Shown here: positions 48,246 through 57,559 of the stretch, piece after piece | Position numbering within the stretch: the first letter of the stretch is position 1 | How the letters are laid out: each line of letters begins with the position of its first letter | NCBI GenBank assembly: GCA_963711835.1 | Contig: CAVQFQ010000008.1 | Span: 32,001-96,000 of the forward strand | Length of the DNA stretch: 64,000 nucleotides | Origin: an uncultured delta proteobacterium | Lineage (GTDB): Bacteria; Desulfobacterota; RBG-13-43-22 | Reading direction: 5' to 3' | Notes under the pieces: generated by a model | Seen by the model: only the letters and a program-made list of their open reading frames with translations | Told to the model about the DNA's origin: nothing | Databases searched by the model: none | Program-made: the position numbers and the translations under genes

Positions 48246-50001
48246 CTGGCTTCATCCGGCCCTTTTCTTCATCCTGGGCGCCTTTTTTATCCCCCTCTTA
48301 AAGGGCCGGATCAAACAGATCTATGTCCTGGTACTGCCGGCAGTGGCTTTTTACGATGTCATCAATATGGTCCCCGGTGTCTATGGGGAAATCCAATATC
48401 TGGGCTTCAACATCATCCTGGGCCGGGTAGACCGCCTGACCCTGGTCTTTGCCCATGTCTTCACCCTGATGGCTTTCCTGGGCGTCCTTTACGGCCTTCA
48501 CGTTAAGGAAGACGGGCACCTCATGGCGGCCTTTTTTTATGTGGGGGGTTCCCTGGGAGTGGTTTTTGCAGGAGACTATCTGACGGTCTTCATCTTCTGG
48601 GAGATGATGGCCTTCGCCTCGGTCTTCCTGATCTGGTACCGCAAGGTCCCGGCTTCCATCTCGGCCGGCTTCCGCTATCTCCTGATGCACGTCTTCGGCG
48701 GCCTGCTGCTGCTGGCCGGGATCTTTCTCCATTATAAAAATACCGGGAGCCTGGCTTTTGAACTCATCCCCAAGGCCGGAGCCGGCCCGGCTGAATATTT
48801 AATTTTGGCCGGTTTTGCCCTCAATGCCGCCGTGTTCCCCTTGCATGCCTGGCTGCCGGATGCCTATCCGGAAGCCACCGTAACCGGGGCTGTTTTCATG
48901 TGCGCCTTTACGACCAAGACGGCCGTCTATGTCCTGGCCCGGGCCTTTCCCGGCTATGATATCCTGGCCGTTATGGGTACGGCCATGACCATCTATGGGG
49001 TCTGCTACGCCACCATCGAAAACGATATGCGGCGGATTCTCTCTTACCACATCATCAGCCAGGTGGGCTACATGGTGGCCGGCGTCGGTATCGGCACGGA
49101 ACTGGCCATCAACGGCGCCTCAGCCCATGCCTACGCCCACATCCTCTATAAGGCCCTGCTCTTCATGGGGGCCGGCGCGGTGATCCAGATGACCGGTAAA
49201 TCCAAACTGAACGAACTGGGCGGTCTCTATAAATATATGCCCCTTTCCCTGATCTTTTACTGCGTGGGCGGGATCTCCATTTCCGGTTTTCCCCTGTTCA
49301 GCGGCTTTGTCAGCAAATCCATGATCGTGGCCGGGGCCGGCGAGGCCCATCATCCGGTCCTGATGGTCCTGATGCTCCTGGCCTCGGTGGGGACCTTCCT
49401 TTCAGTCGGATTGAAGCTCCCCTATTTCGCCTGGTTCGGCAAGGATTGCGGTCTCCGCCCCAAAGAACCGCCCCGGAATATGCTTTGGGCCATGGGTTTG
49501 ACCTCCCTGCTCTGCTTTATCATCGGCGTTTATCCTAAAGTCCTTTATGACCTATTGCCCTTTCCGGTCCATTATCAGCCCTATACCGGCACCCACCTCT
49601 CCGAAACGATCCAGATCCTGCTTTTTACCGGGCTGGGGTTTTTCCTGCTGCTGAAAAGGCTGACCCCGGAACCGAAGATCAATCTGGACTTCGACTGGTT
49701 CTACCGCGCCGGGACGTCCGGGTTTATGTGGCTGGCCCGTAAACCGATCCAGGGCTTCGATTCCGGATGGGGAGAGCTTTACCGCACCGTGGCCCTCAGG
49801 ATCATGATGCTCCTGGCCGCTTTTTTCGCCTGGTTTGACCGCTGGGGCATCGACGGGGTGGTGGATAACCTCGCTTACGGTACCCGGGGGGCGGGCAATA
49901 AGCTTCGCCGGGTTCAGAGCGGCAATATTCAATATTATTTGGGCTTGGCCCTGGTCACCTTTTTTATTATCATCGGGGTCTATCTGCTTCTATCCTTTTG
50001 A
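48238..50001 (+). CDS. Antiporter-like subunit (Mrp-type core with NuoL-like C-terminal helix)
   Basis: FWEMM, LNAAVFPLHAWLPDAYPEA, GFVSK; tail FDRWGIDGVVD...LRRVQSGNIQYY. Confidence 0.9.
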   Translation: MDSWLHPALFFILGAFFIPLLKGRIKQIYVLVLPAVAFYDVINMVPGVYGEIQYLGFNIILGRVDRLTLVFAHVFTLMAFLGVLYGLHVKEDGHLMAAFFYVGGSLGVVFAGDYLTVFIFWEMMAFASVFLIWYRKVPASISAGFRYLLMHVFGGLLLLAGIFLHYKNTGSLAFELIPKAGAGPAEYLILAGFALNAAVFPLHAWLPDAYPEATVTGAVFMCAFTTKTAVYVLARAFPGYDILAVMGTAMTIYGVCYATIENDMRRILSYHIISQVGYMVAGVGIGTELAINGASAHAYAHILYKALLFMGAGAVIQMTGKSKLNELGGLYKYMPLSLIFYCVGGISISGFPLFSGFVSKSMIVAGAGEAHHPVLMVLMLLASVGTFLSVGLKLPYFAWFGKDCGLRPKEPPRNMLWAMGLTSLLCFIIGVYPKVLYDLLPFPVHYQPYTGTHLSETIQILLFTGLGFFLLLKRLTPEPKINLDFDWFYRAGTSGFMWLARKPIQGFDSGWGELYRTVALRIMMLLAAFFAWFDRWGIDGVVDNLAYGTRGAGNKLRRVQSGNIQYYLGLALVTFFIIIGVYLLLSF

Positions 50002-50044
50002 AATATGAATTTTCAGGTTTAAATAGACAGGGAAGTTTACCTTA

Positions 50045-51541
50045 ATGGATTTTTTGATTCCCAATCAGCTTAATTACCCCATTTTGAGCAGCCTTATTTT
50101 TCTGCCCCTGGCCGGGGCCCTGGTCATATTTCTGATCCGCGATGAAAAGGTGGCCAAAATCTGGTCCCTTTTCATCAGCCTGGTCATTTTTGGCCTGTCT
50201 TTGCCGCTGTATATCTATTTTGATTCCTCGACTTACAAATACCAGTTTGCCGAACATGTGCCCTGGATTCCTTCCTTTAATATTTTTTATACCCTGGGCG
50301 TGGACGGCATAAGCCTTCTTTTGATCCTTCTGACCACCTTATTGGTCCCCATTTGTATCCTGGCTTCCTGGAACTATATTGCCAAACGGGTCAAGGAGTT
50401 TCTTTTCTGCCTCCTGCTCATGGAAACAGCCTGCGTCGGGGTCTTTTCGGCCCTGGATTTCGTCTTGTTCTATGTTATGTGGGAAGCCATGCTGGTCCCC
50501 ATGTATCTCCTGATCGCCGTCTGGGGCGGGCCGGAGAAGGTCTATGCCTCGATCAAATTTTTTATTTATACCATGGCCGGGAGCGTCTTTCTGTTGGTGG
50601 CCCTGATCGCCCTCTACCTTTCGGCCGGCACCTTCAGCATCCCCCAGTTGATGACCCATTCCTATTCCTTCAACTTCCAGGTCTGGATCTTTCTGGCCTT
50701 TGCCGTGGCCTTCGCCATCAAGGTGCCCATGGCCCCTTTCCATACCTGGCTGCCGGCCGCCCATGTGGAGGCCCCGACGGCCGGCAGCGTCCTGCTGGCC
50801 AGTGTCCTGTTGAAGATGGGGACCTACGGTTTTATCCGCTTCTGCCTGCCCATCACCCCCCAGGCCAGTATCTATTTTGCCCCCTATCTCCTCTGGCTGT
50901 CGATCATCTCCATTCTTTACGGCGGCTATGTCGCCCTGGGGCAGAGTGACATGAAGCGCTTAATCGCCTATTCCAGCGTAGCCCATATGGGTTTTGTCAC
51001 CCTGGGAATCTTTCTTTTCAACCGCCAGGGGCTCGAAGGGGCCATCCTGCAGATGATCAATCACGGCATTACCACCGGTGCCCTCTTTCTCTGTGTAGGC
51101 ATTATCTATGAACGCAGCCACAGCCGGCTGATTATGGATAATGCCGGTATCGGCAAGATCATGCCCCTCTATGTGGGCTTCCTGGGATTCTTCTCCCTGT
51201 CGTCCATGGCCTTTCCCGGGACCAACAGCTTTGTGGGCGAGTTGCTGGTCCTGATCGGCACCTTTACCGGGCACAAGCTCTTGGGCGCCCTGACCATTCC
51301 GGGCGTGGTTCTGGCGGCAGCCTATATGCTGCGCCTGTTGCAGAAAATCGCCTGGGGCGGAAAAGGAAATCCGGCCTTCCTGGATTTGAACCTGAGGGAG
51401 ATTATCTACCTGATCCCCCTGGCCCTGCTGGTCCTCTGGGTCGGTTTCTCCCCGGGTCCTTTTCTGAATATCATGCACACCAGCGTGAACCATCTTATCG
51501 AGCAGCTTCAGGCAGCCGATGCCCTGGTCCTGGCCCGATAA
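50045..51541 (+). CDS. nuoM: Complex I subunit M
   Basis: GVDGIS, WEAML, IKVPMAPFHTWLP, LLKMG, FVGEL. Confidence 0.94.
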   Translation: MDFLIPNQLNYPILSSLIFLPLAGALVIFLIRDEKVAKIWSLFISLVIFGLSLPLYIYFDSSTYKYQFAEHVPWIPSFNIFYTLGVDGISLLLILLTTLLVPICILASWNYIAKRVKEFLFCLLLMETACVGVFSALDFVLFYVMWEAMLVPMYLLIAVWGGPEKVYASIKFFIYTMAGSVFLLVALIALYLSAGTFSIPQLMTHSYSFNFQVWIFLAFAVAFAIKVPMAPFHTWLPAAHVEAPTAGSVLLASVLLKMGTYGFIRFCLPITPQASIYFAPYLLWLSIISILYGGYVALGQSDMKRLIAYSSVAHMGFVTLGIFLFNRQGLEGAILQMINHGITTGALFLCVGIIYERSHSRLIMDNAGIGKIMPLYVGFLGFFSLSSMAFPGTNSFVGELLVLIGTFTGHKLLGALTIPGVVLAAAYMLRLLQKIAWGGKGNPAFLDLNLREIIYLIPLALLVLWVGFSPGPFLNIMHTSVNHLIEQLQAADALVLAR

Positions 51542-51615
51542 ATGGAAACGGATAGGGGTCCGCTGAAAAAGGTCCAAGCGCCAATGATTTCGGAAAGAAT
51601 TAAGGAATAAACTTC

Positions 51616-53034
51616 ATGGATCTGCGGTTATTCATACCTGAGCTCTATCTTCTTTTTCTGGCCTTGGTCTTTTTTGCCCAATCCCTCTGGAAATCTCCGG
51701 CCAAATTAAATCAATCCCTGGCCCTGGGTTTATCGGCCTTCGGGGTAATCCTCAGTTTGTTAACCTTGAACCAGTCCGGGGAGCTTTTTTACCAGGCCTA
51801 CCGGGTAGATCTTTTTTCACAGGGCTTTAAAATCCTGATTAGCCTGGGCCTCTTTCTGATCATTGTCTTGGGCCGGGACTTAAAGAGTGTTGATGAGCGC
51901 CTCCATCCGGAATACTTCATGTTCCTGGGTTTAAGCTCCCTGGGGTTGACGCTCATGGTCAGCAGTGTGGAACTCCTGACTATTTTTATCGCCATGGAGC
52001 TTTCCTCCTTTTCCCTTTATGTCCTGATCCCTTTGCGGAAACAGACCTTTTCTACCCAGATGGAAGCGGCCATTAAGTACATCATCTTTGGAGCGGCCTC
52101 AACCGGGATCATGATTTTCGGGATGAGTTATGTTTTCGGCGTCGCCCAAACCACCTATTTGGCTGAGCTGATCCGGAAATTCCCCCTCTTGATCAGCCAG
52201 CCGGTAGCCCTGACTGGATTGATTATGGTCCTGGCCGGTTTTTTCTTTAAACTGGCGGTAGTGCCCTTCCATTTCTGGACCCCGGATATTTATCAGGGGG
52301 CGGCCAATGAAACGACCAGCTTTATTGCCACCATGCCCAAGCTGGCCGGGTTGGCCCTTTTGATCCGCCTGGTTTCCATAGGGGGTCCCCAGGCTACGGC
52401 CATGATCCAGGTTCTGGTCCTCCTGGCCGCTGTCTCCATGACCTTCGGGAATTTGGTGGCCCTGGTTCAAAAAGACCTAAAACGCATCCTGGCCTATTCC
52501 AGTATCGCCCATGCCGGCTATGTCCTGCTGGGGGTTTTAAGCCTGAATACCATCGGTTTTGCGGCCGCGGTCTATCATATTACAGCCTACCTGCTGATGA
52601 ACCTGGCTTGTTTCCTGGTTATCTGCAGCGTCTCACGGCAGGGGGAGGATGTCTCGGTCGGGGACCTCTCCGGCCTGTATCGCCGTTCCCCCCTCCTGGC
52701 CTTTACCCTGGCCGTGGGGGCTTTTGCCTTGGCCGGGATCCCCCCGACAGCCGGATTTACCGGAAAGTTTTTCCTTTTTACCGCGGCCTTGGACCAGGGG
52801 CACCTGGCCCTGGTGATCATCGCCGCGGTGAATACGGCCATTTCCATTTTTTATTATTTGAATCTGGTTCGCGCGGCTTACGGCCAGGATCCCGACGGGT
52901 TGCCGGCGGTCTCTTTGAATGTTCCATTGCGGCTTTTGAGTCTGGCCCTGATCGCCGCTATTTTTCTCCTGGGGGTCTTGCCGGCCTGGTTTATTGACTT
53001 GGCCCGAAAGGCCTGCAGTGCCATTATTTTATAA
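51616..53034 (+). CDS. nuoN: Complex I subunit N
   Basis: EAAIKY, FKLAVVPFHFWTPDIYQGA, LAYSSIAHAGY, GIPPTAGFTGK. Confidence 0.94.
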   Translation: MDLRLFIPELYLLFLALVFFAQSLWKSPAKLNQSLALGLSAFGVILSLLTLNQSGELFYQAYRVDLFSQGFKILISLGLFLIIVLGRDLKSVDERLHPEYFMFLGLSSLGLTLMVSSVELLTIFIAMELSSFSLYVLIPLRKQTFSTQMEAAIKYIIFGAASTGIMIFGMSYVFGVAQTTYLAELIRKFPLLISQPVALTGLIMVLAGFFFKLAVVPFHFWTPDIYQGAANETTSFIATMPKLAGLALLIRLVSIGGPQATAMIQVLVLLAAVSMTFGNLVALVQKDLKRILAYSSIAHAGYVLLGVLSLNTIGFAAAVYHITAYLLMNLACFLVICSVSRQGEDVSVGDLSGLYRRSPLLAFTLAVGAFALAGIPPTAGFTGKFFLFTAALDQGHLALVIIAAVNTAISIFYYLNLVRAAYGQDPDGLPAVSLNVPLRLLSLALIAAIFLLGVLPAWFIDLARKACSAIIL

Positions 53035-53110
53035 ACCATGAAGAGTGAAGGCAGAATTTGGTTAAAAAGATAAGAATAAATTTTAAAACCATTTAGTCTA
53101 AGAATCTATT

Positions 53111-53602
53111 ATGTTAGCTTCCAATCACCTTCAAGATCAGGACCTGAAACTACTGGAATCCATAGTGGCCGAACGGGGAACCCATCCCTCTTCGGTCCTT
53201 CAAATCCTGCTGGATATCAACCATCACTACCATTACCTCCCTCGGGAAAGTCTGGAATGGGTTTCCCGGCAGGTCCGAATGCCCATCAATCAGATATTCA
53301 GCGTGGCTACCTTCTTCAAGGTCTTCAGTCTGAAACCCAGGGGCCGGACCTTGGTCCATGTCTGCACCGGAACAGCCTGCCATGTTAAAGGAACGCCCCG
53401 CATCCTCGATCGCCTGGAAAAGGAATTAAACCTGAAACCCGGGGAGACGACGGCGGACCTGGCTATCACCCTGGAAACGGTCAACTGTGTCGGGGCCTGC
53501 GCTTCAGCCCCGGTCGTCCGTGTCGATGAGGCGACCTTCAGTGAAATGACGCCCTCGAAGGCAGCGGACCTGGTCAAAGAACTATTGAGAAGAGAGTCTT
53601 AA
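53111..53602 (+). CDS. nuoE: NuoE/HydC-like 2Fe-2S subunit
   Basis: VATFF, CTGTACHVKG, NCVGAC. Confidence 0.92.
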   Translation: MLASNHLQDQDLKLLESIVAERGTHPSSVLQILLDINHHYHYLPRESLEWVSRQVRMPINQIFSVATFFKVFSLKPRGRTLVHVCTGTACHVKGTPRILDRLEKELNLKPGETTADLAITLETVNCVGACASAPVVRVDEATFSEMTPSKAADLVKELLRRES

Positions 53603-56600
53603 TGGAGCAGTTATTTATGAACCGGCTAACCAGCCTGCAGGATCTTGAACCCTTACGCCAGTCCATTCTGGAAAAGCGCCGGAAGGTTCGGAAGCGCATC
53701 CGGGTCTGCATCGGACCGGCCTGCCACTCCCAGGGAGGCGAAACCCTGTCCCGGATGATAGAAGCCGCCCTCAAAGAACGCGGGGCAGCGGACGATCTTA
53801 TGGTCACGCCTACCGGGTGCCACGGTTTTTGCGCCCGGGGCCCGGTCATGGTGATCGAACCGGAAAATATCTTTTACGAACGGGTCCGGTCGGAGCGGAT
53901 CCCCGAGATCGTCGAAAAGTCGATCCTGGGGGATGAACTGCTGGAAGATCTCCTTTACCTGGACCCGGAGACCAACAAACGGATCGTTCACGAAGCGGAG
54001 ATCCCTTTTTACGCCCGCCAGGAACAGATCGTTTTCAAGGACTCGGGCCGGAATTTTCCAACCGATATCGACGATTATATCTCCCGGGGCGGCTACTCGG
54101 CCCTGGTCAAAGTCCTTTCCGAACTGACCCCTGAAGAAGTCATTGAAGAGGTAAAAATTTCCGGTTTGCGGGGCCGGGGCGGGGGCGGTTTTCCGACCGG
54201 GACCAAATGGGAATCCTGCCGCAAGTCCCGGGGAGTCTTGAAATATGTCATGTGCAACGCCGACGAGGGCGATCCCGGGGCCTATATGGACCGGGCCTTG
54301 CTGGAGGGCAATCCCCATCAGGTCCTGGAAGGCATGATTGTCGGTGCCTATGCCATCGGCGCCAGGGAAGGGTATCTCTATGTCCGCTACGAATACCCCA
54401 TGGCCACCCAAAATGCCATCTGGGCCATCAAACAGGCCAAGGAATACGGATTGCTGGGTGAAAATATCTTAGGCACCCCTTTCAGCCTCGAACTTTTCGT
54501 CACCCGGGGGGCCGGGGCCTTTGTCTGCGGGGAATCAACCGCCCTGATGGCCTCTCTGGAGGGCAAGATCGGGGAACCGCGGGGCAAGCATATCCATACC
54601 GTGGAAAAAGGACTCTGGAACCGTCCCAGCAATCTCAACAATGTCGAGACCTGGGCTACGGTTCCCCTGATCATCAACAACGGGGGGCAATGGCTGGCCT
54701 CCATCGGAACCGAGCGGAGCAAGGGGACCAAGATCTTTTCTCTGGTAGGCAAGATCAACAATCCCGGCCTGGTCGAAGTGTCCATGGGAACCCCCTTGAG
54801 AAAGATCATCTACGACATCGGCGGGGGTGTACCGGGCGGCAAAGCCTTCAAGGCCGTCCAGTCCGGAGGCCCTTCCGGGGGCTGCATCCCAAAAGACCTG
54901 ATCGATCTGGCGGTAGATTTCGAAAAACTGAAAGAGGCCGGTTCCATGATGGGTTCAGGCGGTATGATCGTCATGGACGAGGATACCTGCATGGTCGATG
55001 TGGCCCGCTATTTCCTGAATTTTCTGGAGGAGGAATCCTGCGGGAAATGCGTCCCCTGCCGTATGGGCGTCAAGCGCATGCATGAAATAGTCACCCGGAT
55101 CTGCCTCGGGCAGGGGCGGGAGGAAGACCTTGAAAAACTGAAAGATCTGGGAGAAACGATCAGCGAGGCCGCGCTTTGCGGATTGGGAAAATCCTCGGCC
55201 AACCCGGTTTTATCGACCCTAAAATATTTTCGGGCCGAATATGAGGCCCATATTAAAGACAAGGAATGCCCGGCCGGTGTCTGCCGCCGGCTTTCGGCCG
55301 CCCCCTGTCAGAAAGCCTGTCCGGCCGGAATCGATGTCCCCTCCTATGTAGCCCTGATCTCCGATGCCCATTATGAAGAGGCCCTAGAAATTGTCCGTCA
55401 GGACAACCCTTTTCCCTCGATCTGCGGCCGTATCTGCCAGCACGGCTGCGAGGTCACCTGCACCCGCGGCGAGATCGACCATTCCATCGACATCATGCAC
55501 TTGAAGCGCTTCATTTCCGATTTTGAAGCGACCCGGCCCTGGCGCCTTCCCGAACGGATCATCCCGACCCAAAACGAGAAAGTGGCGGTCGTCGGGGGAG
55601 GACCGGCCGGTCTTTCCGCCGCCTATTTTCTAGCCAGAAGAGGCTATCCGGTAACCCTCTTCGAGGCTGCGCCGGTCCTGGGGGGTATGCCGGCCCTGGC
55701 TATCCCCGATTTCCGCCTTTCTAAAAACGCCTTGCAACGGGATATCGACTATATCCTGGCCCTGGGAATAGAGGTTAAAACCAATACCCCGGTCGGGGAA
55801 AACCCCTCTCTGGAGGATCTTAAAAAACAAGGCTATGAAGCCATCTTTCTGGCCACCGGGGCCGACAAAGGCCTTGAAATGGGGGTTTTCGGGGAAAACC
55901 TCTACGCCGGCGTCGTCGATGCCCTGGATTACCTCAAGGCCTATCATTTGAAACAGTTGATCAACCCGGGAAAGGAAGTCGTCGTCATCGGCGGGGGCTA
56001 CGCCGCCATGGACGCCGCCCGGATGGCCTTGCGGCTGGGGGCCAAGGTTCACCTTCTTTTCCGGCGCTCCGAAGAGGAGCTGCCGGCCGATCCCCTGGAG
56101 CTGGAGGCGGCCAAGGAGGAGGGGATCCGGTTTCATTTTCTGACCACCCCCACAAAATTGCTGGCCAAGAACAACCGGGTAACCGGGGTCGAATGCATCG
56201 GGCTCGAGATCGCCGCTGCCGACACCAGCGGCCGCAAGCGGGTTTTGCCCAGGGAAGGGACCGAATTCATCCTGCCCGCAGATCTGGTTATCCCGGCCGT
56301 CGGCCAGACGCCGGATATTTCCCCCTTCAGGGGAATGGCCTTATCGATCTCACCCTGGAACCTTCTCCAGGTCAACCCTGAAACACTCCAGACCAATTGG
56401 CCCCATATCTTCGCCGGCGGCGATGTCACCACCGGCTCCGCTTCGGTGATTGAAGCGGTGGCGGTAGGGAAAAAGGCCGCCTGGGCTGTTCATAATTTCC
56501 TTTCCGGGACCACCGGCAGAATGCCTTTAGCCAAGCCCCGCCTCCGCCTGGAAAGGGTGGCGGTATCTCCCGACGAACCTCAGGCTACGGAAAGACCGGC

Positions 56601-56721
56601 CATGACCCTGGCCCCCGCCTCGGAAAGAAAAAAATCTTTCGAAGAAGCAGAGCTGGGCTTGAGTGAACGACAAGCGGTAACCGAAGCCAGGCGCTGCCTG
56701 CGCTGCGATCTGACGGAGTAA
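53602..56721 (+). CDS. NuoF/HydB-like NADH-FMN subunit fused to GltD-like FAD/NADPH oxidoreductase
   Basis: CIGPAC...GCHGFC, GLRGRGGGGFPTG, NADEGDPGAYM, ESCGKCVPCR; then APCQKACP, CGRICQHGCEVTC, GGGPAG, GGGYAA..RRS, AGGD, RCLRC. Confidence 0.92.
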   Translation: MEQLFMNRLTSLQDLEPLRQSILEKRRKVRKRIRVCIGPACHSQGGETLSRMIEAALKERGAADDLMVTPTGCHGFCARGPVMVIEPENIFYERVRSERIPEIVEKSILGDELLEDLLYLDPETNKRIVHEAEIPFYARQEQIVFKDSGRNFPTDIDDYISRGGYSALVKVLSELTPEEVIEEVKISGLRGRGGGGFPTGTKWESCRKSRGVLKYVMCNADEGDPGAYMDRALLEGNPHQVLEGMIVGAYAIGAREGYLYVRYEYPMATQNAIWAIKQAKEYGLLGENILGTPFSLELFVTRGAGAFVCGESTALMASLEGKIGEPRGKHIHTVEKGLWNRPSNLNNVETWATVPLIINNGGQWLASIGTERSKGTKIFSLVGKINNPGLVEVSMGTPLRKIIYDIGGGVPGGKAFKAVQSGGPSGGCIPKDLIDLAVDFEKLKEAGSMMGSGGMIVMDEDTCMVDVARYFLNFLEEESCGKCVPCRMGVKRMHEIVTRICLGQGREEDLEKLKDLGETISEAALCGLGKSSANPVLSTLKYFRAEYEAHIKDKECPAGVCRRLSAAPCQKACPAGIDVPSYVALISDAHYEEALEIVRQDNPFPSICGRICQHGCEVTCTRGEIDHSIDIMHLKRFISDFEATRPWRLPERIIPTQNEKVAVVGGGPAGLSAAYFLARRGYPVTLFEAAPVLGGMPALAIPDFRLSKNALQRDIDYILALGIEVKTNTPVGENPSLEDLKKQGYEAIFLATGADKGLEMGVFGENLYAGVVDALDYLKAYHLKQLINPGKEVVVIGGGYAAMDAARMALRLGAKVHLLFRRSEEELPADPLELEAAKEEGIRFHFLTTPTKLLAKNNRVTGVECIGLEIAAADTSGRKRVLPREGTEFILPADLVIPAVGQTPDISPFRGMALSISPWNLLQVNPETLQTNWPHIFAGGDVTTGSASVIEAVAVGKKAAWAVHNFLSGTTGRMPLAKPRLRLERVAVSPDEPQATERPAMTLAPASERKKSFEEAELGLSERQAVTEARRCLRCDLTE

Positions 56722-56726
56722 GGTCT

Positions 56727-57455
56727 ATGCCCGGATCCAGGCCTCGTATTGATGAACCGAAAACCCCGCTGGGACTGGTCAAGCTTTATGAAAAACCCCA
56801 GATCACCGTCTGCGCCGGTCCGGCCCCCCACTATGAATGCGGGGGAAAAGGCCTCTATTCCGGTCTTTTTTCCGAAGCCAACCGATTAAACATTCCCCTC
56901 GCTTTAGCGCCGGGGAAATGCGGCTGTAGCGGATCCTGCCTGAAAGGTCCTTATCTCAGCCTGCCCAGAATGGGTCTTTTTTACCAGCAGGTCACGACCG
57001 AGCATATCCCCTTTATCCTGAAGGAGACCATACTCCAGGGAAAGATCCTTTTCCCCATCCTGCGCCTGGATCATCTCCAATCCATAAGGGGGGACCTGAT
57101 CTGGGAGAAATCCTCACGCTGCCTCATGACCCTGGATGCTTCATATTGTATGGTTCAGGTAGCCGAGTACCTCATTAAATTTCATGCTGAAGAATCCTGC
57201 GGCAAGTGCACCCCTTGCCGCCTGGGCATTAAGCGCTTGACCGAGGTCATTGAAGGGATCGGACGGGGACGGGCGAATCCGGAGGCCCTCTCGGAAATGG
57301 AAACGCTGACGGCCTTGATGACCCAGGCGGCTTATTGCGCCTTTGCCGGAAAGGCTTCGGATATCATCATGGCCATCCTCTCCTATTTCAGAGAAGAGTT
57401 TGAAGCCCATATTAAAGAGAAACGCTGTCCGGTCGGGGCCTGTAAGATGTTTTAA
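56727..57455 (+). CDS. Thioredoxin-like ferredoxin fused to NuoF C-terminal 4Fe-4S domain (mini-NuoF)
   Basis: VCAG..EC...CGCSGSCLKGP; ESCGKCTPCR...YC; AHIKEKRCPVGAC; no FMN/NADH domain. Confidence 0.85.
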   Translation: MPGSRPRIDEPKTPLGLVKLYEKPQITVCAGPAPHYECGGKGLYSGLFSEANRLNIPLALAPGKCGCSGSCLKGPYLSLPRMGLFYQQVTTEHIPFILKETILQGKILFPILRLDHLQSIRGDLIWEKSSRCLMTLDASYCMVQVAEYLIKFHAEESCGKCTPCRLGIKRLTEVIEGIGRGRANPEALSEMETLTALMTQAAYCAFAGKASDIIMAILSYFREEFEAHIKEKRCPVGACKMF

Positions 57456-57458
57456 AAA

Positions 57459-57540
57459 GCTATCAGCGGTCAGCCGTCACCAATCCCCCTTCCTCGGGGT
57501 GGTCGTTGCTGATCGCTGATTACTGACGGCTTAACGCTGC
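57459..57540. repeat. Heptamer-periodic imperfect palindrome (tcagc/gctga type)
   Basis: tcagcggtcagccgtca ... gctgatcgctgattactgacggct; related half-site gctgaccgctgac near 1455. Confidence 0.55.
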
Positions 57541-57559
57541 TTTAACAGGAGATTTAATC

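Noticed and set aside
44170-52997. Many antisense and alternate-frame ORFs across the nuo genes (and rpsA, recN, sppA)
   Set aside because: Shadow ORFs expected from GC-rich codon bias opposite well-supported genes
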